Of a stretch of 64,000 nucleotides of DNA, positions 33,431-42,654 are shown piece after piece. The notes below the pieces were generated by a model, which made no database searches, was not told the DNA's origin, and was given only the letters and a program-made list of their open reading frames with translations. The DNA lies in the NCBI RefSeq assembly GCF_024298765.1, contig NZ_CP101210.1, one strand, 5' to 3'. This DNA is from Escherichia coli. GTDB lineage: Bacteria; Pseudomonadota; Gammaproteobacteria; Enterobacterales; Enterobacteriaceae. The translations under genes and the position numbers were made by a program. Numbering within the stretch: position 1 is the stretch's first letter; the number at the start of each line of letters is the position of its first letter.

Positions 33431-33982
33431 CTATCTTCTTAGCGATGTCTTTCTGGTATCACATTGGATCGGTGCAATTATTTTTCCTTTAATACCCATT
33501 ATGTTAAGAAATTCAGAAACAGCTGTAATCTCATTGGTTTTTTCATTCGTCTTGATCTTCCAAGGAATCTGACTGTGCATTATTGAGAACACACTAATAA
33601 CGTGAATCGCTCCCTTGCGACGACTCTTGTCATAAGAGTACCGGAGCGTTTTTCCATCAATTGCAATGACGTCTTTATCATCTGAAGAATGGCAGTCAAG
33701 CATCCAGTTAATAAAGCACTCATGAAATTTTGCAGGACTGATACAGGATACAACTCTGGCAATGGTATCGTGAACAGGAATACCATTATCAAAATCACCA
33801 TATTGCTTCAAAAAATCGAGATGTGTTTCCCCAAAATCCTCTATATCTTCCCAGCCTTCTGCACCCGAAATAACGGCACAAATAGTCAACAGTAGAATAT
33901 CCGATAATTTATGTTCCACTTTCCAGGCTTGTCTGTAATCGGGGATAATAGAAATATGTTCCATCAATTTTTTAAGTTCCAT
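33431..33982 (-). pseudogene. ydcC: Truncated H-repeat-associated (ISAs1-family transposase-like) gene, N-terminal fragment
   Basis: 183-aa ORF matching only the N-terminal half of the roughly 378-aa H-repeat protein; the remainder is missing where the DGC gene begins. Confidence 0.7.
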
Positions 33983-34222
33983 TTTGTTCTCCTTAATTAT
34001 GTAAGGAGTATTTGATCATGTATAAGCAATAAAAAACAGCTTTAGATAATGAGGAATATCTCAATTTTTAAACATAAAATGCGAATTATTTAGTACAAAA
34101 AAGCAGCGTTACGTGATCTTTCCATGGAAAAGAGAGTAATACACTGATTTTTAACGCAGATTGCCAGTGCTACCAACACTGACAATCTGCTCACCACAAG
34201 CAACTAACAGAGGTAGTTAATC

Positions 34223-34552
34223 ATGGCTGAACACGATATTACGCCAGAAGTCGCCATTTCCAAAACACAGCGCCGCTATAAAGTCGGCTATGTCAGAGCC
34301 CGCCACATAAACAGCAAAACCTACATGACCACGTACTACTCACGACACCCCAGCCTGAACCTTAAGGGCGACTGGCTGAAAGAGGCCGGATTTGATACCG
34401 GACGGGGTGTCACGGTGAAGATTTCGGAGGGGTGCCTGACCATCATCGCTGACAGTGACGAGGTGCAGGAACTGCGGGAGGAACTTTATCAGGTTAAACA
34501 GGTGGTTAAGGGGATGCGGAACGGGATGTTTAGTGTGCTGAACGAGAATTAA
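34223..34552 (+). CDS. SymE-family type I toxin-like protein (AbrB/SpoVT-fold)
   Basis: 109-aa ORF with RBS agagg; core LKGDWLKEAGFDTGRGVTVKISEGCLTIIA closely parallels E. coli SymE as I recall it ([30 protein letters not shown]). Confidence 0.65.
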   Translation: MAEHDITPEVAISKTQRRYKVGYVRARHINSKTYMTTYYSRHPSLNLKGDWLKEAGFDTGRGVTVKISEGCLTIIADSDEVQELREELYQVKQVVKGMRNGMFSVLNEN

Positions 34553-34602
34553 ATAATAAAAAAGCCGGGGAGATTTAAAATCTTCCCGGCTTTCTTTATC
34601 AT

Positions 34603-34905
34603 CTAAAAAGGTAATAATCCTCTAATAGGAGAAAATTTTGTAATATCAATACCTTGTAATTTAAAGTAATTAAAAGCATCTTCTATATTGGAAAACGCAC
34701 TAATTTCTTCAGTTGCATAATCTTCGAACACTTCCATTTTATTTTCTGGTATTTTGAAAAAATAGGTATTGTATTTTTCATCCTGTTTTTTAATGGCATA
34801 TTGGAAAAAATAACTTTCACCATTTATTTCCTTTATCTCATCAAAACCTCTAACCTTACCATTCTCTATAGCAACAATTAATTTTTCAATAGACAAATCA
34901 ACCAT
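34603..34905 (-). CDS. Putative Rhs toxin immunity protein
   Basis: 100-aa acidic, AT-rich ORF; start overlaps the toxin-tip stop by 8 nt; strong RBS (gagga). Confidence 0.6.
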   Translation of the reverse strand: MVDLSIEKLIVAIENGKVRGFDEIKEINGESYFFQYAIKKQDEKYNTYFFKIPENKMEVFEDYATEEISAFSNIEDAFNYFKLQGIDITKFSPIRGLLPF

Positions 34906-35312
34906 CTATATCTATCCTCACCATTGTCCCATCAGAACGTTTAATATTTATATGAGGCAAAGAACCATGCCCTGTGCCTTTATGGTCATCATGACCATAT
35001 ACACGACCAGTATTAGAATCAATAGGGTAACCTTTCCTATAACGGACAGTACCATCTCTTTTCTTAAATTGTTCCATCTTATGTTTTTTTCTAATACCGG
35101 CGGCATCCTGCGAACCGATCCCTCTTACTTTTTGAGCATCAGGAAAGGCCTCCATCAATAAATCATGGGCTTCCTGTTTTGATTTAACTGTGACAACGGT
35201 TCCTTGAGGCCCCTCTCGCAAAGATTTCGCGTTTTTGGAACATGCAGTCAGTCCCAGCGGATCGATCCAAGAGAGCGGATTCGGCGCGTATTGGTAGAGG
35301 TTTATTCCCCCC
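34898..35312 (-). CDS. Rhs C-terminal segment (core end INLYQYAPNPLSWIDPLGL plus variable toxin tip), out of frame with the Rhs core ORF
   Basis: Reading frame B on the minus strand gives GGINLYQYAPNPLSWIDPLGL followed by about 117 aa of His-rich variable tip (YGHDDHKGTGHGSLPH); it is joined to the core only if the G7 run at 35307..35313 is read as G6. Confidence 0.65.
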
Positions 35313-38300
35313 CGCTAACCCTATCGGATCCGTTACCATGAACCGCCCGACATCCGGATCATAGTACCTGTGCAGATTGTAATGCAGTCCCGTTTCCCTG
35401 TCGAGGTACTGTCCCTGGTAGCGCAGGTTCTGCGCCACCCCGCCGTGGTCCTTCTCCTGTATCGTGTTACCCCAGACCTGATACCCCGTCTCCCACACGA
35501 TTTTCCCGTCACTGTCCGTCATCTCTTCCGGCGCGCCGTTCACATCCGTGTGAAAATACAGTATCCGGTTCGGGCCCTCTTTGCCCGCCTTATCCACCCG
35601 CGCCAGCGGTTCATAACTCCCCGGGTCCCTGTAGATGTACAGGCTGTCTGTTCCCTCCGGCCTGCTCTCCTGCGCCAGCCGCATTCCGTCCCATAAAAAT
35701 GCCGTCCGGTTGTACGGTTTACCGTCAGGGCTGATGTGCTGTTTTTCCGTCCGCCTCCCCAGCGCATCGTACACATACCGGTACGTTCCCCGCGCTGTCG
35801 TCACTTCCACCATCCGGTGTTCCGCATCATAACGGTAACTCTGCGTGCCGCTCCGCCCCTCCTTTTCCACCGCACGGCCAAATTCGTCGTAACGGTAGTG
35901 CACACCACGGTAAGACATCAGCCGGTTGAACGGCACCACGCTGTTTTCTGCCGTGGCCCTTTCCCCCGCGCGCCGCCCCAGCAGGTTTCCCGCCGCGTCG
36001 TACTGCCAGCTCGCCAGATACCCCTCATCCTCCGAGCGGCACGCCGTGATGCGCCCCGTGGGGTCGTAGAAGTAATCCGTTTCCCCCCGCCGGCTGTGCC
36101 GCGTCTTCAGCAGTTCATCCTCGCCACTGTAGCTGTACTGCCGGTCCGTGAACGTCTCCGGTACCACCCCGCGCATCCCGCTGTATGTCTCCCTGCGCTT
36201 CAGCCGCCCGGCGGGGTCGTAAAGCTGCCGCGTGCTCAGTCGCCCCTGACTTCTGAGCACTTCACGGTGCAGGGCGTCACGAGTGAACTCGCTGATGACC
36301 TCCCGGTCCAGATTTATCTGCTGGAGATGGCCGCTGCCGTAGTACAGATGACGCTGCGTTCTGCCGTCCGGAAAGGTGGTGGCTGTCCGGTTGCTGAGTT
36401 CATCGTACTGATGGGTCAGGACGCCCTGCGCCGTCTCCTCAGTCAGCATCCGCCCCAGTCTGTCGTAACTGAAACGGATAATCTCCGGTGCGTCTGTTTC
36501 CCCGGCATCCGACCGTCGGCGGCGGATTTCCAGTAACTGGTCTGCCGCATCATGGACGTATTCCGTACGGCTATCGGCTGTCTCCTTTGCCGTGAGCCGG
36601 CCCGCCGCATCACGTGCCAGCCGGTGGCGGATTTCACCGCCCCGGTCCCCGGTGAACACCACTTCCGTGACCGCGTTCAGCGCGTTGTAGCGGTACGTCT
36701 GGCGGCAGCCGTCCGGATTTATCTGCTCCGCCAGACGGTCCAGCACGTCATGGCGGAACCGGTAGCTTTCTCCGTTCTCGTTTGTCAGCGTGACCAGACG
36801 CCCGTAAGCATCGTACCCGAACGCCGTCCTGCGCCCCGTCGCGTCTGTCCGGCTGCGCACCCGGCCCTGCCCGTCCCGCTGCCAGCGCGTTATCCTCCCC
36901 ATCGGGCTGGTGTACTTCACCAGCCTGCCCGCCGCGTCCGACTGGTAATTCACCGTGCGGCCGTCCGCCAGTATCACCTCCGTCAGGTGGCCGCTGTCGT
37001 CATACCCGTAGCGCGTGCTGTGGCTCTGCGCGTCTGTCATCCGTATCAGCCGCGTGCGTTCGTCGTAGAACCAGGCCGTCTGCGAGCCGGAACAGTCCGT
37101 GTGCCGCATGAGCTGCCCGTCTTCGTTCCACTGAAGGTATTTATTCCCCCCGCGCGCATCGGTTATCTGCACCACCTGGCCGTGGCGGTCATACTGATAC
37201 CGGGTGTTCTGCTGCAGCGGGTCGGTCACCGCAAGAAGATTGCCGCGTTCATCGTACTCACAGCACCAGCTGTTCCCCGCCGCGTCCACCTCCGTTTCCG
37301 GCTGGTGCCACACCGGGTGCCACTGTGTCTGTGCCACCCGCCCCAGCGGGTCGTGCGTCTCCGTGATATGCCCCTGCCGGTCATACACATAGCGCCATTT
37401 GCCGCCCTGCGCATCGGTCATTCCCAGTAACAGCCGTTCTTCGTCGCTCCAGCGGAACGTCGTCACCTGCCCGGCTTCGTCCTGGTACGCCGTCACCTGA
37501 TTCTGCGCGTCCCACTGATGATAACGCGTGCGCCCCAGCCCGTCCGTCACGCACAGCCTGCGTGACGCCAGGCTCCACGCCAGCCGGTACTGTTCACCGC
37601 TGTCCGTGTGGTGCCCCGTCACCCGCCACGCTGCGTCATCCGGGCCTTCATACCAGCTCCACTGGTAATAATACCCTTCGCCGCCCGGCTGGCGGTGCAG
37701 GGTCATGCAGTGGTTTTCGTCGTAAGCAAACTCGCGCAGCAGGTGTCCCGTGCTGTCGTACACGCCGTTCAGGTCGCCGGCCTCGTCATAGCGGTAACGA
37801 CGCAGCAGTAAAGGAGCCGTCTCAGGGAAATGCTGATAAATCTGTGTCACCCGCCGGGGATGCGCCGCCAGTTCATAATGCAGACGGATGCACGGACGCT
37901 GCTGTTCACCGCTGATTTGCGTGATGCGCCCCAGCTCGTCGTAGTACAGATTCAGACAGTTGCTGTTGCGGTCGCCCAGCATTTTCAGCCGCTGGCGCTG
38001 CGGGTGATGCGGGTCGGCTTCAAACAGAAAAAACTGCCCGTCATCGCTGCTGATAAGCCAGTGCCCCTGCTCACCCCGCCTTACCGCCAGTCCTTCGCCG
38101 GGGCTGTAAAACCCGCTCCCCGGCAGCACGGCCTCCATATCCAGGCGTCGCCCCATGCCCGACACAAAGGTCATGCAGTTTTCGTCAGCAGTACCCGGCG
38201 TGCGCCCGAGGCTGACTTCATACATCACGCTCCAGCCCTGCCCGAACATCCCTTCCGTGCGGTCGTCACGACTGCTGTACACGCGCTGCCAGTCCAGCGG

Positions 38301-39560
38301 AAAGTGGCCCGGCAGACTGAAATCGAAGTCATCGTCATCGGCCAGATATTTGGCTCCGGTGGCGGCATTGACCGGATGCGGAAGGGCACTGATGGCCTTC
38401 TGCGTCATCACCCCCATCCCGACACTGGCAGCAAAACAGGCGATTTTAGAAAGCATTTTGCCCGGGCGAAGAAACATCAGCGCCACGGTTGCCACCAGGG
38501 TTATCTGCGACCTGCCGCTTCTGATATCCCTGACCACCAGTAACGGACCGCCAATGCGGACATCCGGTGACACAAACGCCCCGTTCCCCGGCTCATTCAC
38601 CACCCTGGCCTCGCAGGTGCAGCGTGCCCCGCTGCGTGCCGCCGGCTGGCTGTTGATACGCACATCCCGCGCGCCTTCCGCGATATATTCCGCTGCGGGC
38701 GGTTCATCATCGCCTTTGAACAGATTACTGATGCTGCCAATAACCGCATTCACTCCCTGAAAGGCGGTTTCCAGCATACCGTCCGGACTCAGCAGGTTAA
38801 GGGCCGTTCCCAGGGGGTCATCCAGAAAGGCGGCTTTTTTTTGTGCGAGAAACTGCGTCAGTGAGGAGGGATGTTTATGGCAGTCGATTTTATCGTCAGG
38901 GGTCGGGGTGGAGCCCGGGGCCGCACTGGCCACGGTGGGCTGCCATAGTTCCGACACAAAATGTGTCACGCCATCCACCATTTCAGAACGCCCTTCTTCC
39001 GTACTGAGCTGGTCGTGCAGCGCCCGGGACATCAGCACAGGCCCTGTCACCGGGTTAACCGCCAGGGCTATGGCCCCCGCCATTTCCAGATATTCCCCGG
39101 CCACATCCAGGAACGTTCTGGCATCCTCCTGACGCTGCGCTTCTTCCTGTTCCGCCTTCGCCTGCGCCTCCTGCGCCTCAATGTCCTGCCGCGATGCCGC
39201 AGTCGCCGCGGCCCGCGCGGCAGGTTTGCTGTTGATCCATGTGTCGCCAGAGCCGGTGAGGATGTAACCTTCAATCTGAGGCGGGAAAAGCATATTTGCG
39301 AGGTCTGAACAGACTTCGCTGACCGTGTCTGTCACGCCGGTGTACACCATCGCCACACCCGCCACAAAACCGGTCAGCACGACGGCCGTGCACCCCATCG
39401 TGATCCCCACTGACGCCGCCAGTAACGAGGTTGTGCCGACAATGAGGGCATCAATAACGACATTTGCGGCCACCTCCAGCACCGCCCCCAGCACATCTGC
39501 CATAAACGACGTATGCAGCAGGGCATCACCCTGCCTTGCCGCCCAGAATGCCTCTTCCAT
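35184..39560 (-). CDS. Rhs-family T6SS effector core (prePAAR motif, TM helices, PAAR, YD repeats), as the ORF in the present frame
   Basis: 1458-aa ORF; N-terminus MEEAFWAARQGDALLH matches the prePAAR AARxxDxxxH motif; hydrophobic helices follow; literal PAAR motifs; numerous YD/RHS repeats; core end RYYDPDVGRFMVTDPIGLAGG; after the G-run the frame runs 41 unrelated codons to a stop at 35184. Occupies the K-12 rhsE position by synteny. Confidence 0.85.
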   Translation of the reverse strand: MEEAFWAARQGDALLHTSFMADVLGAVLEVAANVVIDALIVGTTSLLAASVGITMGCTAVVLTGFVAGVAMVYTGVTDTVSEVCSDLANMLFPPQIEGYILTGSGDTWINSKPAARAAATAASRQDIEAQEAQAKAEQEEAQRQEDARTFLDVAGEYLEMAGAIALAVNPVTGPVLMSRALHDQLSTEEGRSEMVDGVTHFVSELWQPTVASAAPGSTPTPDDKIDCHKHPSSLTQFLAQKKAAFLDDPLGTALNLLSPDGMLETAFQGVNAVIGSISNLFKGDDEPPAAEYIAEGARDVRINSQPAARSGARCTCEARVVNEPGNGAFVSPDVRIGGPLLVVRDIRSGRSQITLVATVALMFLRPGKMLSKIACFAASVGMGVMTQKAISALPHPVNAATGAKYLADDDDFDFSLPGHFPLDWQRVYSSRDDRTEGMFGQGWSVMYEVSLGRTPGTADENCMTFVSGMGRRLDMEAVLPGSGFYSPGEGLAVRRGEQGHWLISSDDGQFFLFEADPHHPQRQRLKMLGDRNSNCLNLYYDELGRITQISGEQQRPCIRLHYELAAHPRRVTQIYQHFPETAPLLLRRYRYDEAGDLNGVYDSTGHLLREFAYDENHCMTLHRQPGGEGYYYQWSWYEGPDDAAWRVTGHHTDSGEQYRLAWSLASRRLCVTDGLGRTRYHQWDAQNQVTAYQDEAGQVTTFRWSDEERLLLGMTDAQGGKWRYVYDRQGHITETHDPLGRVAQTQWHPVWHQPETEVDAAGNSWCCEYDERGNLLAVTDPLQQNTRYQYDRHGQVVQITDARGGNKYLQWNEDGQLMRHTDCSGSQTAWFYDERTRLIRMTDAQSHSTRYGYDDSGHLTEVILADGRTVNYQSDAAGRLVKYTSPMGRITRWQRDGQGRVRSRTDATGRRTAFGYDAYGRLVTLTNENGESYRFRHDVLDRLAEQINPDGCRQTYRYNALNAVTEVVFTGDRGGEIRHRLARDAAGRLTAKETADSRTEYVHDAADQLLEIRRRRSDAGETDAPEIIRFSYDRLGRMLTEETAQGVLTHQYDELSNRTATTFPDGRTQRHLYYGSGHLQQINLDREVISEFTRDALHREVLRSQGRLSTRQLYDPAGRLKRRETYSGMRGVVPETFTDRQYSYSGEDELLKTRHSRRGETDYFYDPTGRITACRSEDEGYLASWQYDAAGNLLGRRAGERATAENSVVPFNRLMSYRGVHYRYDEFGRAVEKEGRSGTQSYRYDAEHRMVEVTTARGTYRYVYDALGRRTEKQHISPDGKPYNRTAFLWDGMRLAQESRPEGTDSLYIYRDPGSYEPLARVDKAGKEGPNRILYFHTDVNGAPEEMTDSDGKIVWETGYQVWGNTIQEKDHGGVAQNLRYQGQYLDRETGLHYNLHRYYDPDVGRFMVTDPIGLAGGNKPLPIRAESALLDRSAGTDCMFQKREIFARGASRNRCHS

Positions 39561-39578
39561 GTCCCGTTCCCTGTGTGA

Positions 39579-40031
39579 TTAATTCGTCCCGGCTTCCTGC
39601 CGCATCCTGAAGCGCAGATTCTTTTTAATTTCAGCCCAGCGCGTCATATCTGCCGGGGTCAGCGGTGTGGTTCGGGCGTAGGTGAAGGCCATCATGACCC
39701 GCTCACCCGGCAATACAAATGCCACCTGACACTGGTACACCTGCTCGTTACCCCGGAGAAACTGGCTCTGTATTTCCAGTCCTTCTTCACCGTCATTAAT
39801 CCCCACCCGTGTTACCTGAACGGGCGTGTAGTGAAGATCCTTTACCTGTTTCTCCAGTTTTTTCATTTGCTGTTCAATCTGGGAGGCTAATTCGTCTCCT
39901 TCCTGCATCTGGCCCCGGCTGATAATGAGTGCAGCGTCGGGATCGCTGAGGCGCAGCATATTAATAGTACTGTCCTGAATAATATTCCCGGAAAAAGTTA
40001 CAACAGTTTCATTGAGATAATACTCCGTCAT
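39579..40031 (-). CDS. DUF1795 (Eag-family) effector chaperone
   Basis: 150-aa ORF immediately upstream of the prePAAR Rhs gene; size and position typical of Eag chaperones. Confidence 0.7.
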   Translation of the reverse strand: MTEYYLNETVVTFSGNIIQDSTINMLRLSDPDAALIISRGQMQEGDELASQIEQQMKKLEKQVKDLHYTPVQVTRVGINDGEEGLEIQSQFLRGNEQVYQCQVAFVLPGERVMMAFTYARTTPLTPADMTRWAEIKKNLRFRMRQEAGTN

Positions 40032-40081
40032 AATGATATGAGTCCTTTTAAATTAATAAATTATTTAATGATGGTTTTTGT

Positions 40082-42076
40082 TTATTTTTTAGTCATGAAG
40101 GCGACATCTATCGCCAATTGAAGGGCTGTTTTTTCCGATGTTCCTGGCGGAAGTATATCTGCCGCCCTGTTATTCATATTTAAATCAAGCTGACCTGATT
40201 GTGTATTTATCTTTCCATTTTCTGTTGCAGTAATATTAAAATTCTTACAGGTTATATTAAATATTCCGTCACTGGTCATTTGCAGGATAGTGTTCCCACA
40301 ACTAAGAATTATGGAATCTCCCGCAGCAAGGCGTAAATTCTGTACGGCCTGAATCGTTTTATTTTGTCCGGCAAGGGAGGTATCATCCATCTGAACTGTA
40401 AGAGAACGTTCCTCACCAATTATCGCTGTTTCTGTTTTATCAATGACTTTAAGGCGATTATTGCCCACCCAGTGGCTTTCATTATTATTTACTTCAATGC
40501 GTTGATCTTTCTCGGCATGCAACCAGATTTCTTCTCCGCCAGTTTTATCCTCAAAACGCAAGGCGTTAGCATTGGTCGGGCCGCCGCCGATAGTGTGGCT
40601 GTAAAACCCGCTTTGCGTCGCTGCGCCCGGTAGTCCCCACGGTGGCATGGTGTCCTGATTGTAGGTACGCCCAACGATTATCGGTAAATCCGGATCACCG
40701 TTTTTGAAATCCACCAGTACTTCCTGACCAATGCGCGGGATCTGAATGCCACCGAATCCTTTACCCGCCCACGGATAACTGACACGGACCCAGCAGGAAC
40801 TATTTTCGTCATTCTTACCGTAACGATCCCAGCCAAACTGAACTTTCACCCGGCCATATTTATCTGTCCAGATTTCCTGCCCTGCCGGGCCGGTGACGAT
40901 GGCGCTCTGCGGGCCTTTAGTGTGGGGTTTGCTCAGGGTTCGTTGTGGGCGGTAAACTTCGCTGGTGGGATGCAGTTCAAAGCTGGTTGAGTAAGAGAAA
41001 TGCTGCTCCTGGCCGCTGTGTTGCGCATTGTCCTGTATAAATAGCGTGGTCTGTACCAGCAGATATTCCCGGTTCACTTCGGCTGTCGGATAGTTTTCCA
41101 GGGTGAAGGTAAAACCTGTCATCAGGGTACGAATATTGCCGCTGCCCTGTACCCGACTACCTGGGCTACGCTGTTCTTCCATGCGAATGCGTGTCAGCAT
41201 TTCACCTTCACTCTTTGTGAAGTAATCTCCCGGCCATTCGTAGTGCTCATATTCAGCAAGGCCGGTTTCACGCGGATTAGCCACGGTGCTCTTCAGCAGT
41301 GAACGCGGCTTCATAAAGTCGAAATCATTCAGCACCCACTGTCCGCTGCGCAGACTTTCATTTGCTGTGATGGTATGGATAAACTCCTTGTCCAGTTTCA
41401 GCCCTTTCTGGTAATAACACACCAGCGGCGAATCTGCGCATGCCTTGTGGACATTAATGGCATCAGCCAGCACTAACGTGTGACTGTTCTCGCTGTGCTC
41501 AAACCACCAGTAGATACCCCACTCCTGCATCAGGCGCTGAACAAAATCGAAATCTGTTTCACCGTACTGCACCTGCCAGGCGCGAGTCGGATAATTTTCC
41601 ACCAGTCGTTTTTCCACTGGCCAGGGGTACTCATCCAGTACCTCATCCAGGATCTCCACCACGTTTTTATTCTGAAACGCTTTGTAGTCACTAGTGTGGG
41701 TCAGTATTTTTAACCACGGTTCGAGCCGCAGTTCATACACCACCGAACGTCCTTGATGACCAGCCACGCGTGCCGCCGTCACCAGCCCGCTGATATAACG
41801 TTTTCCGCCGCCATCCAATTCGATATTGACGCACAGATCTTTGCCCACCATCGGTTTGAGCTGCAGGTTGGCTGCGGGGGAAACATAGCCCAGGTTCAGG
41901 ATGTCAGGAGTTTTTAATTTAATAGAATAAGTAAATAGTTCCCCTACTGTTTCTGTACCCCCTAAGCTTGCAAACAGTAACATTCCATCAGGAACTGCGC
42001 TGCCGCTCAAAGTCACGTTATGTGTACCCGATCCAGTTAGTGCGCCGGATGGATAATCTGTAGCTGCAAAACTCAT
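40082..42076 (-). CDS. vgrG: Type VI secretion spike protein VgrG
   Basis: 664-aa ORF; gp27/gp5-like architecture; directly precedes the Eag-Rhs genes. Confidence 0.85.
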   Translation of the reverse strand: MSFAATDYPSGALTGSGTHNVTLSGSAVPDGMLLFASLGGTETVGELFTYSIKLKTPDILNLGYVSPAANLQLKPMVGKDLCVNIELDGGGKRYISGLVTAARVAGHQGRSVVYELRLEPWLKILTHTSDYKAFQNKNVVEILDEVLDEYPWPVEKRLVENYPTRAWQVQYGETDFDFVQRLMQEWGIYWWFEHSENSHTLVLADAINVHKACADSPLVCYYQKGLKLDKEFIHTITANESLRSGQWVLNDFDFMKPRSLLKSTVANPRETGLAEYEHYEWPGDYFTKSEGEMLTRIRMEEQRSPGSRVQGSGNIRTLMTGFTFTLENYPTAEVNREYLLVQTTLFIQDNAQHSGQEQHFSYSTSFELHPTSEVYRPQRTLSKPHTKGPQSAIVTGPAGQEIWTDKYGRVKVQFGWDRYGKNDENSSCWVRVSYPWAGKGFGGIQIPRIGQEVLVDFKNGDPDLPIIVGRTYNQDTMPPWGLPGAATQSGFYSHTIGGGPTNANALRFEDKTGGEEIWLHAEKDQRIEVNNNESHWVGNNRLKVIDKTETAIIGEERSLTVQMDDTSLAGQNKTIQAVQNLRLAAGDSIILSCGNTILQMTSDGIFNITCKNFNITATENGKINTQSGQLDLNMNNRAADILPPGTSEKTALQLAIDVAFMTKK

Positions 42077-42297
42077 AATTAATCCTTTTAACTAGAAATG
42101 GATAAGTGCTAATAAGAAATCTTACAGAGAATAAAATATGCAATATATTCGTAGCTGGCATAAAACATCTCAATACTTATGCGTGCTACTGAAGATACTA
42201 TCAACCATATATGCCTTGAAGAATGCACCGTCATGTTAACCTGGTGGAAACATTCACCTAAAGTACATTAATAAAACTAATAAAATTATTTAATTTG

Positions 42298-42654
42298 TTA
42301 TTTGATATGATTATCATCAAGTCTTAAAATACGTTCTCCGGTTCTAATTATGCTAAAACCATAGTATTCTTTTTTACTTCCGGAAGAGAGCATATATTTC
42401 CCTATATACATAACATCTGAAGATAGCTCACTTATATCAATACATACGGGTTCGAACTGACCTGTCACTCTTTTCAACTTTATTGCATTGCCATATTTAC
42501 CTTCATATAAAACATAATTTGAAATAATATTCCCATCGTCTGGTTTTGAACAAATCTGTCCGTCTTGCAAATATACACTACCGGGTAACAATGGGCGAAC
42601 ATAATCACCAACAGTGCATCCCGACAAAAAGAAAAACAAAAAGAATCTCTTCAT
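42298..42654 (-). CDS. Small lipoprotein of unknown function (candidate immunity protein)
   Basis: 118-aa ORF; signal peptide with lipobox FLSGC; AT-rich; start overlaps the stop of the upstream HExxH gene (ATGA). Confidence 0.6.
   Translation of the reverse strand: MKRFFLFFFLSGCTVGDYVRPLLPGSVYLQDGQICSKPDDGNIISNYVLYEGKYGNAIKLKRVTGQFEPVCIDISELSSDVMYIGKYMLSSGSKKEYYGFSIIRTGERILRLDDNHIK

Noticed and set aside
35736-38760. Series of long plus-strand ORFs (35736..36536, 36552..37430, 37830..38543, 38155..38760) opposite the Rhs gene
   Set aside because: Typical stop-poor antisense frames of GC-rich Rhs core DNA; their translations are Arg/Pro/Ala-rich low-complexity sequence.
35184-39560. Possible CRISPR-like or tandem DNA repeat array within the Rhs gene
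   Set aside because: The repetition is at the protein level (YD-repeat motifs) with degenerate DNA; no regular direct repeats with unique spacers.
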